Below the pieces are notes generated by a model that did not search any database, was not told where the DNA came from, and saw nothing but the letters and a program-made list of their open reading frames with translations. Positions 14,142 to 26,200 of a stretch of 64,000 bases of DNA are shown in pieces. Origin of the DNA: Diadema antillarum (Eukaryota); the NCBI RefSeq assembly GCF_040938485.1, contig NW_027271069.1:4154001-4218000 (forward strand), read 5' to 3'. Every line of letters begins with the position of its first letter. Position 1 is the stretch's first letter. A program made the translations under genes and the position numbers.

Positions 14142-15175
14142 ACTAGAAATGTCGCTATGGCGACTGGTATGCCTCCGCCATAATGCATGATTCTCCTAAT
14201 AGGTCTAAATAGTACATGTGGACAATGTGTGATTACATTTTCACAAAATTGGCAAAATGTTAAAATGACAAGTTTGTCACAAATGTGTTGAATGCTCACC
14301 TTCCTTGACCTAGGTTTAATTGGATGAATAGGAGAGCATGTATTTGGGATTTACGGACTTTAATCTTGACTTTGACCCTAAAATTCATAAGATAATCACT
14401 GTCAGGCAGAAGATGCATGAATATGTAGTACATTTCAAGATAACTTGAGCCACTTCTGAGATATGGAGGAAAAACTTAGTTCAGCACTTTCACTTGATCT
14501 TTGACCTTTTGACCTTTGAGGCATAAACAAAAGAAAAAAAATCTTTCCAGAGAATCTCTGTTAGGTTAAACATGCATACACCTAGTGTAAAAAAATAATA
14601 ATAATAATCCTGCTGGCATTGCATAAACATGAGGGAAATATTTAGCAAAATTTTGAAGTGTTGCCCTTGACCTTTGACCCCATGAACCCTAAATTCTCTT
14701 CATAATCACTGCCAGTCAGTACATGTATATATACTATGTTTCATGAAGAGACCTTGAACAATTTCCAAGGTACAGAGAAAAAAAGGTGAAGTTTTAATAT
14801 TTCTACTTGACCTTTTGACCTTTGACCTTTGACCTCATGACGCAAACTTTCACCAGAGAATCTTAATTGGGTAATACATGTATACACTAAGTTTCAAGAA
14901 AATATCTTCAGGCATTGCATAGATATGACGGAAATAGTGAAATTTTATGTATTTGACCTTGACCTTTTGACCTTTGACCTTGAGCATGTGCGCCCAAAAG
15001 TTGATAGGCACAACTTCACCCCCTAATACACATACATGCCAAGTTTCATTAGGATACCTCAAAAGGTTTTGATAGTTACCTTGTCCACAAAATTCATTAC
15101 GGACGGAAGGACGGACGGACAGATGGACAACCCGAAAACATAATGCCTCCGGCACCACTTCGTGGCTGAGGCATA
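14142..15175 (+). mobile_element. Helentron-associated non-autonomous element (HINE; Tsp/pearl-like), copy A, with TGACCT-rich core
   Basis: 5' end AACTAGAAATGTCGCTATGGCGAC plus subTIR TATGCCTCCGCCA. Internal ~140-165 bp degenerate repeats with TGACCTTTGACC. (GACG)n microsatellite near 15105. 3' hairpin ATGCCTC...GAGGCAT containing the matching subTIR. Confidence 0.7.
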
Positions 15176-16058
15176 ACTAGAAATGTCGCTACAGCGACTG
15201 GTTATACCCCCGCCAAACAACATTTCATAAGCTTTGGTCAAAACAACATTTCATAAGCTTTGGTCAAAAAACTGAGGAAGTAGTTAAATCCGCAAGATCT
15301 TTCCTTGATCTTCTGCCATTAATATGCCGTTACCATGGCAACGTACTTTCGGGTACTGTCGAAAAATGCGTCTTGCACATCTACAACCAAAGGCACACAT
15401 ATGTACCAAGTTTCATGGAAATTGGGCAAAAACTGAGGAAGTAGTTTGCAACACAAAATTTTCCATCATTTTGGCTCATAATATGTGAGCTGTTACCATG
15501 GCAACATACTTTTTGTCACTGTCAAGAAATGTGTCATGCTGACCTATATCCTAAGACAAACATTCAATATGAATTCCATGAGAATTGGAAGAACACTGAT
15601 GAAGCAGTTTTGCCATGAAGCATTTTGCCCTATATTTTACCAATAACATGCCGTTACCATGGCAACGCACTTTTTGCCACTGCGGAAATATGTGTCTTGA
15701 ACATTAACATATTCAGATGAACATCTGTACCTAATTTCATAAAAATTGATAAAAAACTGTGGGAGGAGTTCGCGACGCAAGATTTGTACCCATTTTTGCC
15801 CATAATATGCCGTTACCATGGCAACGTACTTTTGGGTATTGTCAAAAAATACATCTTGCACATCTACAACCCAAGGCACACATCTGTGCCAAGTTTTATG
15901 GGAATCGGTTAAAAACTGAGGAAGTAGTTCGCGACGCAAGATTTGCAACGGACCGACCGCCCGCCCGACCGCCCGACCGACCGCCCGACCGCCCGACCGA
16001 CCGCCCGTCCGCTGATTCCTATATACCCCCTTCAAACTTCGTTTGGCGGGGGTATAAA
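15176..16058 (+). mobile_element. HINE/Tsp/pearl-like element, copy B, with four ~160-bp core repeats
   Basis: Same 5' end as copy A, with subTIR TTATACCCCGCCAAAC. Core repeats carry GTTACCATGGCAAC at 15329, 15492, 15653 and 15812. (CCGA)n microsatellite at ~15950-16010. 3' hairpin TATACCCC...GTTTGGCGGGGGTATA. Confidence 0.75.
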
Positions 16059-17216
16059 AATAGGAATGTTATCAAGAGATTATTAAAGCAGAGGGGTGAA
16101 GACTTTAGTCAGTTGTCTCTCTCTGTACAAATGTATAAGACTGAAACTGCTGATCTATACATTGTATCATGTCAGAGAAAGGAACCAGGGGGGAATGTTC
16201 CTATTAAACAGGAACAGTTGGCAGGAATGCTCTTTTCCTAAAAAATGCCACTTGATCTTCAGAGATTAAAGATCAAGGAATGCCCTGATACATTTCAAAG
16301 AGCATTTGACTTAGACAAAAGTCGCTAGTCAAATTCACATCCTGTATGCAGGGTCTACTGAGAGAGTCCTAATCCTTGCGGGTTGGCAGCGTGAAAACGT
16401 TGAATTCCTGTGGTGTAACCACATTGCCTACAGAATCATTCTCAACGATACATATATTACTGTATGTCAAAAAAAAAAACACAATTACAACGGGACCCTC
16501 CGCAATGATATCTTTGAGAATATTGAATCAATCTTAATACATATTCAGGGTATGAAACTATAACTCATTGCCCACATCTTCCAGAAAACCCCATTCAATT
16601 TGCTTCAGTGGTCAAAGAGAAATGAGGAGTTTTGTAGAGGATGTCAGAAATCTCTTCTATCCAAGTTGTGTCTATTGTATTCACACACAAGAGCATCGAA
16701 ATGCTAAACTAGGAAGAATCATACTCATGACATGCTTTACAACAATCCACATTTCTCTGTGACCACTTATCAAAATCAAATGGGGTTTTCTGCAAAATAG
16801 AGCTAAGGTGTTCCATTTTAAGACTTTGAAGTAGCATTTAGACAGTTTAATCATATTGGGTGTTATCAATGTGAAAATCGGATTGTAATTCTTTTTGGGA
16901 CATACTGTACATGTACACACAATATCCACTCTTCCTGATGACAGTGAATAATATATCAGTCATAGTCTTTGAAATCACTGCACTGTCAAAGCACAGGAAT
17001 GACTGGACCCCCATGACCACATGTCATTCATTTCATATGGTGCAGAGCAGGGAAACTGGGCATGAAGGAACACTTCCAGCCTCATCCTTGGATTGGTCGG
17101 TCAAAGTGGGTGTGTCTGCACAGCTAGGAAATGATTGGATGAGACGGATTCAAAGGTTGTCCAGAGTCATACTTCCAGTGTTGACCACCACTATCCTACT
17201 ACCAGAGGTCCAGGCA

Positions 17217-20200
17217 TCATTGCCTTTCAAACATGGCTTTCAGGATGGCATAGCTCTCACTGTATCGGGACTGGTTCAGTTGAGATGCCGTCTTCCAGCT
17301 GGAGAGAAAAATAAAAAAACAAGACATACCTTGTATGGGTGTATATTGCTCTATTATGATACAGTGCACTCCCGTTATAGTGAACACGGTTGTAACAAAC
17401 TTTTATATGCAACGTACACAATAGCAAAATCAACATCCCCAAATTATCATCTATATACCGTATCTTGATACACTGTATTTGTTTGGCTATAACGAAATTT
17501 TGATACAGTGAAAAAAAAACCTATCGGCCCCACGGACCTTAAAGCCCGGTCACACAGCGCCATACGGCTTAATCACGGCCAAAACCCATCAAAAAGTGGT
17601 CTCCGATGAAGCAGACGATGTTGTTCGCGTTGATGTCAAGTTTAGGACGAGCTATGGTCAATTTATAGACGTGGCAGGACGTGGGGAAAAATCGGAACGG
17701 CGTTGGATTTTAGCCCGCGAACAACCACGGGCGGCACACGTGGTAAAGATGTGCGACACACGTGAAACACACGTGATGATCTGAGTTCTGGCAGTGATTA
17801 AAACTTGGGATACGCGGTAAGATGCAAAAGTCTAGCGGTCTGTCACGGGCAGAGCACGGTCATCGAACGCATGTTACGCATTGCTACACGGGAAATAGCG
17901 TGTGTTTAGCGGCCTATCACTGACAAATGGATTTTTCCGCGTACATAGCACTACCTAAGCCTGTTAAACGACGTCTCAAACAAGTTCTAAATACGATTGA
18001 TCACTGCCTAATCACTTCTGTATCACTTCTGATTTGCGGCATATAAATACATGTACAAAGTATAAAGTTCATATGAAATGAAAGGAAAATATAAACTGGA
18101 TTAAGACAATTACCTTCTATTAAAAGTTAGAAGATAACTGTCTTAACCCAATTTGTATTTCAATTTCATATGTACTTTGTCATTTCTTTTTTTGTTTGCT
18201 ATTGCTTTATTCTTTTTTTAAATTTTTTCATTTTGTTCTAACTTCAAATTTCACTTACTTTAATTATTTTTTTTTCAGTGGATGGTCATTTATTCAAATT
18301 TCTTTGTTTCTAATTATTAACCAGAGAAAACAGTAACACATTTCACACTTTGTACCAATTTTATTGGCATATTTACAGCAATGCATACACACCCAATCTT
18401 CTCAACCTAACAAACAATAGCATACACATGCACACATAGCTAATACTGGTCCTTGGCAGCCTAAACTAAGAATCAACTAACTAGCTAATCCTCAGATGAA
18501 GTGGAGTCCTGAGTCTGCTGTTCCTGAGGCCTGATCTGTAGTCCAGGAGAGGTGGCTGACTCATTGGGAGTGTTCATGGATGTCTGAGAGGCAAGGCTGG
18601 ATCTGCCTGCAGGTGGGAGCATGGTACTGTCCAAGCTGAGGTTAGCGGTGAGGTTAGCGTTCCATTCATCCCCCTGCATCACGTGCTGCTGCTGCTGGGG
18701 GTAGGTTGGCTGCTGGTCAGAGAACTGCGGAGGTGTAGGAGAGGGTGTAGTATCATTCTTCCGCATGGGGGGTAACGAGGTCTGCTGCATCAAGCGGCTG
18801 CCATACTGCCAGTTCTGCTGATACTGTGGGTTGTGCTGCCGGAAGCACTGCTGGCAGCTGTAGGGCTGGTTGAACTGCTGGTTTGAGGGCTGGCCGCGCA
18901 CTATGTCAAAGATCAGGTCCTTCATCTTGTCGTACTGCTCCTGGGGAGCTGTACGCAGGGTGTCAGCAACAAACCGTACGAAGGGCTCACGGTCAGACTT
19001 GGGCCTCTCCTCAACAAACTTCTCCAGGAGGGCTTGGTTGGCCTGCATGGTGGCGCGGAGTTCTCGCATCCAGGTGTCTTCCTCTTCCTGGTACTCTTCA
19101 TCCCTCCTCCTCTTGTCACGCTTCCGGCTGCGGCTGGACGTGGATGTGGGCTGAGATGTAGAGACCTGGTCAACAGCTGCGGACTCCACGTCCTCGAGGA
19201 CGTGAGCATGCCTGTCACCATCAGAGTCCACTGAGGCCGAGGGGGAGGGGGGACGTGAGACCGTGGACGTGGACGTGGCAGTGGCAGAGGCAGAGGCAGA
19301 GGGGACCCGGGTTAGAGTGACGAGGGGATCTCTGGTGTCACTGGAGATGGAACCTGAAAGGTTTAGAACATTCATTTAGTTATATGGCATTGACATTTTG
19401 CACGTAAAAGCACTTCATACATTGAAATGTGAAACGAAATTGACAAATGCAATGAAATTCAAAACACGTTTGAAATCAATGTAATGAAATGTACTGACCT
19501 TTGTAGAAGCCACAGTGCTGCAGGACCCAGGTCTCCCTCTCTGTGAGCATCTTGGTCACCTGGCCACTAGTCTTCTTGGAGAGCTTCACATACCAGTCCT
19601 TTATTCCTTTCCACCACTGCTCTAGGTGCTTCACATTGATCCCCAGCTCTTGGGCCTTCATCTCCCAGGCAGCCCTCTTCTGCTTGTAGGTCTTCTTGCT
19701 GCGCATCCAGAGGTAGGAGTTGCCCCTCAGCCACTCAAGAATGTCCTCCTCTACAGCAGTGTCAAGACTCCAGTCCTTCTTGGGGGCTTTGGGGGCAGCC
19801 TTCTCCTTGCCCTTGCCCTGTCCACGTCCAAGGCCCTTGCCTACGAGCACTGGCTCTTCTTCCTCGTCCTGAGCAGCTTCCACAAAGAATGTTTCTCCTT
19901 CCTGAAGGGCTGGGGGGCTGACTTCTCCAAGCTCCACGGGGGCCTCAGGGGTGGCAGCAGAGGTAGTGGTAGCAGTGGTAGCAGCAGGGGTAGTACCTGT
20001 ACATGAAAAATATATTCATTTAGTGACACGCTTCTAATTTTCTATTTCTAAATTGAAATTCAAAATTGAAATTTGAAAGTAACAAAATTTGCAAATGAAA
20101 AGACATTGAAATGAATAAAATAAAATGTACTGACCATCAGCAGCAACCTCAGCTTCTCCAGGAGCAACAGGACCAGCATCAGCCTGAGGGTCAGGGTTTG

Positions 20201-23200
20201 GACTGGCAGCACCAGCAGGAGGAGCATGGACCTGGACTGTCACCTGGGCCTGGGAGTCTTGGGGAGACTCATCCTCAGCTGGGGCTTTGGTATTCGTTGA
20301 CCTCTTCATGGCAGGGGAACCCTTCTCCCTGGGCATGATGAAACTGAAAACACCGAACGAACTTGCGTGGAAGTGTGGACTGTACAAGATCTGGATCGGC
20401 AACTGTGAAGACCAGCCGTGCGCGGCTGCTTTTATGCCGCACTTCCGACGCCGCCGAGCCACGGTTACCCGTCATTGGGCAGTGCTATGGTAGTGGAGTG
20501 CCCGTTTTACGTCCGTGCTAAACATGTGATTGGCAGTGCTACAGACGCGATGAGGCCGCGGTTAGCCGTGGTAACTTGCCTCTTTTTTTTCCCGCTTTCA
20601 AACACATGCGAACCTTTTTTTAGCCTTACAAGTGGCTGGACATGGTTAGCCGTGCTTTAGCAGTGGAACAGCCGCCGACGGCCATACCCCGTACAAAGCA
20701 CAGTCAAACCAACATTGACCTAAAATTACCACTTACGACTACATCCCCCAAATTTTCATAACTTTTTGTACGTGATTTAGACATGGAGTGCTGTGTGACC
20801 GGGGCTTTAATACACGGAAACTCCATAGAACAATTGGGACTTTCATTTTGCCCACGAGGTAAGTGACATTCGGCTAATCCAAGGTCGAGGTAACAAGGTT
20901 GACTGTACAACATACTTTCTCTTTTGTAACAATGTCCTTAGATTGATATACATGTACAAATACACAAATGCAAGTGACACTACAAAGAAGGTCCCAACAC
21001 ATTGAGTCCAACTTGTAGGAGAGTCCCCTCTTTAGCAAATATTCATGTCAATTAATTCTTGAACCACAGGACTACTTAAGATGAATATTCAGTCTATTTG
21101 CAGGTCTGCAAGAGTAATGGCCCTGTCACACCTTTACGCTTTAGCCAATGTATGAAAAAATTGACGAATAAACATCAAATATGTTACAGGTACCACGGAT
21201 AAGCCACCTATGGATAGGAGTTCAGCGCACTGGTATACAGTTTAGTATGGCAAGATCGTTCAAGTCTTTATTAAGCATGCATAAAACTTTTGGAGGTATA
21301 TGCCCTGCACACATGTACCATAAATTGTAGGTACCGTAGTCAAAATGCATCAAGATAATGCCTAGCGCACCCATAACATATATTTAACCTATCAAGTAGT
21401 ATGCTTGGTACCTAATCAAACTCACCTCCCACACACTTCGATGTATGTAGACGTATTCGACGTTTTCTGGACAACTACAGAATTTACTGAGTGTGTTTCT
21501 AAATTACACATACCATATGATGACATATGGGTAGCGTTCAGGCGAACTGGTTTACACAAATGGGATTCACAGGAGGAATCCATCTGCATTTCTCAAGACA
21601 CTATGGTTACTGTCACACAAGGAATGTTAGTGTGCATTCTAATTTCATAAATTTCGCGAGACCCAAGATGTGTGAATTTAAAATGCATGAGGACCACGCA
21701 TCCTTTACCAACTTCCTTGTATATGTCCCTAGCGATGTACGATGAGCTGCTAGCCACAGTAGGTCCAAGGATTTTTTTTTTCCCTCATATTTGGCCGTAT
21801 TTCCGAGTTACTTGTATTGCGGGTTGGAAGATTCACACTCATTTTAGCTGACTTCATCTTGAAGTGGAAATTGCTTTCAAAAAAAAAAAGATATCAAATA
21901 GCTCAAGCCTCCCTCAGCACAGTTGAGCCACTCATCCACCGTGAAAAATTTGGGCCATCTTTGCCATAGGGTAGGAGAAAATCATGTTTTGTTTTTGAAT
22001 GGGTCTACATGTTCTCAAGTCAAGTGCAGACATTATTTCTGTAAATTAGCAAATATGATGACATGTATATACAGTAGGTGCATTGAATCAATGAACTGTG
22101 AAATTCCCAAAGCAAATGGATCGTTTCCAAGGTTGCAGACGCATCTTAAATCAATTCCACATCATGGCCATGATTCAAGGAACAATTTACAGTTCACTGT
22201 TTAATTGTACATGTATTCCACATTATTTTCATAAGCAGTCATGAAACGGAATCAATTATCACTTCGTGAAACATAAAACTGAAGTCATCTTGATATTTTC
22301 TTGCTAAAGTATCCCTGTTTCAGCTACTTTATTTTAAGGCCTCTCTAATGGACCTTATCCATAAACACACACATTCACACCAACACAAGTATACACGTGC
22401 AGGCATACACATTCACTTATACTAACCCACTCATATACTCGTTAACTCAACTGCAAGCATTACACTACACACGCTTATGTGCGCATAGTCAAATATAAAC
22501 TTCGCACAAACATACATGCATGCTTGCTATTGCACACACACTGACTCACAAATGCACCTCATCCTTCCTCCGTCATTTTCATTCACTTCATTATTTTCTC
22601 CATCTCTCTCATTTGAGCTGATTTATGACAAGTCATCCATGAATTTTCTTTGAGGCTGCTGCTGTGGAAGCCAAGCACTTCATGTACGACAATGTTTATC
22701 CGCATTTCTGTTAGCATGCAGCTTGATTTATTGACAAGACACAAGTTCTTTTATGAAATCAACACATATTTCATACAAAATATTTAATTTGACCATTGCA
22801 TCTTATATCTATGATATGTCTCGTGTATGCTTCAAATCCTTATATATCAATTTCTTTTTTGTTATTGTATATTTTTTGAGTGGAAAAACTGAAATTCAAA
22901 AATGAAATGAATCAAATCATATACTACTTGGTAGTTAGCAATCAATAAACATATTCATCAACCCCACTCTTTTCAGCAACCAATTAAAACATGTTTGTAT
23001 GAGGAAGTGACTATTTTATAATTACCTAAAATGAAGAAACAAAATTTTAAAGTTTAAACATGTAATGTTATAAACCATTCTTGTTGGTCTGAACTTGAAT
23101 GCCATGTTACTTTAGTAGGACTTACCCTAACTAGGCCAGGGGTCTGGGGAGCCTTGCAGCAGCTACATTTTATACACTCAAGTTTTGATACCTAATTTGT

Positions 23201-26200
23201 GCAGCGTTGACCATGATTTCGGTAACAGATTACAATTATCAATCACAAGTTCAGCAAAATGATCAAATTCTTAATTTGCCTGTGTATTAGCCTATGGCTT
23301 TTAAAAAAAAAAAATACTCCAAAAATCAACACCATTCTTACTATTACAATATCATTACCTATGTTATGAATGCAATTTCTGGTTGGTAAAAAAAAAAAAT
23401 AAAAAAAAAAGATAATGAAACTTACAGAAAAAGAAATACATAAGAATAAAAACAAAAATATGAAGAATAAATATCAGCTTGTTATTTGCATGCTACTATT
23501 TATATTCATGATTCATAAATATACAATGTAAATACACTGAAAAAAACAAAGTTTTATCACATCAACATATGACTCTTATTTGTCTGCTTACAACCAATAT
23601 TCAAGCCATTTTCACTAATATATCATAGCAAAATAATGATTAAATAACTAAAATAAATAAATAACTGAATAACTAAAGTCATGAAAATGTGCATATCATA
23701 TAATAAAAAAATAAAAACGCAAACAAGAAAATACATCACACTTTATTCTACACATATTATTTTATAAATATGGCAATTTTCGTGCACATTGAGTTGACCT
23801 TTGCCGAAATATATTGAGGGGCCTGGGAGGCCCCCCAGCTTTAAGAACTCTCGAAATACTCTGGCTCAGTTAGGATTAAGACCAATGGTAACATTTTGTA
23901 GACATGAAAGACATGAATTACTTGTCACTAAAACACTCAGTAGTAATGAACATCTTTGATGATGGATCTTGTGCATACTTCAGACACAATGAAACAAATG
24001 AAACAACAAAATTAATGACAATGGTCATACATGACAATATACAACGCTACAAAAATGGCTAAAACACTGGACTGTTTCTCTTAGTCGTGAGAAGCACATA
24101 ACTGTTACTGTCACTAGTTCTTCTCTGGTGGTGGAGGTCTCTTCAGCTCCCCAGAGATGCTGTCTGCAGCATCAGAACCACTGGACAGGTCGAGCAGTCC
24201 TGAGCATCCAGAGATGCAGAGGCGGATCCAAGAATTCTGTAAAGGGAAGGTGCCTTTACAGAATTAAAGGGGGCGCATTTGCCCCCCCCCCCCTCATTTT
24301 TCTCTTTTTATTTCTTTTGTGTTAACAAAAAATAAAGAGGGGGTGCGCCCGGTGCGCCCCCCTCTGGATCTGCCACTGAGATGTAAGAACACAGACTCTG
24401 ACTGTGACTGTCCATGGCGCTGGGCTCTGGTTCAGTATCTGATAGACGACCCTAGAGTAGCATACAGTGGCATGCTTGGCTGCTACTTCAGGTACTGTAG
24501 CTGCAGTGGCTGCATGCAAGTACACTGGTTCACACAGTCGGCTGTCTGTGAACCCTAGACTGGACGCAGTCGGTGCCTTGTGTCTGCACATGTGGGGAGA
24601 TGGCTAGTACATCTCCATCGCCATAGGGTGTGGGTAGCTGGTGCTAGACTGGGTCACCGGGAAACAGGAGCTGGAAAGGTGGGGAGTCTGGAAGGTTAAT
24701 CCTCATCACTCTCATCCATCAGCTCACCGAGGATGATGTTGATGCGTGACCGCGCCTTCCGGAACTTGCGCTTGGACATGCCAAGCAGGCTGTCACGCAC
24801 GTAATTGGCAAAGGTAACAGCAGCTGAGATGGGCTGAGGCTGAGAGAGACTTTTGAAGAGCTCCTCAAACTCGGTCACCTTCTTCTGGAGTGACTGCAGC
24901 AATGGGTCATCCTCCTGACCATGCCTGTCCCTGGGTTGTGAGGATGAGGAGGGGACAGAGGGGGGCATGCTGTCATCATCAATCACAATGGCAGCCTCAG
25001 TAGCCTTGGTAGCCTCAGTAGCCCTGGCAGTCTCAGTAGCCCTGGCAGTTTCATGGTCCCTGCTGTGTGCTGCCGTGGTTGCCTTCATCTGCAATAATGA
25101 CAATTGATTAGTGAATACAAGGCAAAAATGCAAGGCAAATTTAAAGATTATTAATGAAAGCAAAATTTAATATCAAATACATTAGAAAACAAATGGTAAT
25201 AATTGTACTGAGGTATACTTACAGCGTTCATAGACCTGGCACGATGGCGGACAACAGTTTTGAGGAAGCTGAAGTTTGCCTTCACCCACTGTTCCCTCTC
25301 TGTCAGTTCGCGGGCACCCTCACCGCCCTTAATCCTGTCGAGACGGGTGTGGGTGTCTCGCACAGACTTAAACCAGCCTTGAAGATGCTGAGCTGTCTTC
25401 CCCATGATCTTAGCTTGATCCCTCCAGAGCTTCGCCTTCTTGTCCAACCTCCGATAGCCCGTCTTCTTGATGTCCCACAGGATGTTGTTCTTGCGAATGA
25501 AATCGCACATGAGCTGCTCCTCGTGGACTTCAAGTACAAACTGCACCTTCCTGACCCTCTTCTTCTTAGGGAGGGCTGGCCCAGGAGAGGTCGAGGCCAC
25601 GGACACAGTTACTGATGCCACTGACCATCCATCATCTCCATCAGAGGGTGAGGGTAAGGGTGAGGCTGTGAGTGATGATTGATCTTCCCTGCATCCATGT
25701 CCATGTCCAGAAGACTCCCTTGGCATGTCGGTGATGTCAATACTGCGATGTAAAAGTGCCGTTATGATTTGAATCGAGCAGCAGCCTTTCATAGGCTACT
25801 ACACAAATCATCAGAGATGCACTGCTGCATGCTATGCTTGAAGCTAAAACATGTTTTCAAATATAAAACATTCTCCAACAACCACGTTCAGGTAAGCTCT
25901 GACACTGCAGCAATTCTGGTGAACCTTTTTGGTATATATAGTCTGCATTTCTGCCATTACCTAATTGCATTCTTTCACACGGTGTATACGTGTACAGATA
26001 AGAGCAGAAATAGACAGTTTTGCGAGCACACAAGAAGTATGTTTTGGCTTTAAGTTGTGAACGCCGGCAATAAGCTCGGCATTCGTTGGTATAACTTATC
26101 TATAAGTTATTGAAATGTTCTGTCTAAAGTTACTAACACTCTACATATAGGTCCTATGTGAAAATCATCAGCAAAAAGCTATGTATATGCCCAAAATTGA

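Noticed and set aside
15637-16241. 132-aa and 160-aa ORFs
   Set aside because: They are translations of HINE core repeats and the (CCGA)n microsatellite.
18870-20493. Plus-strand ORFs opposite the E1 MADF gene
   Set aside because: Antisense shadows of a GC-rich coding region.
21118-24100. Search for a Harbinger DDE nuclease in the left part of E2, including a coding-like stretch at 22550-22730
   Set aside because: No DDE_Tnp_4/HARBI1-like motifs in any frame; only short interrupted frames.
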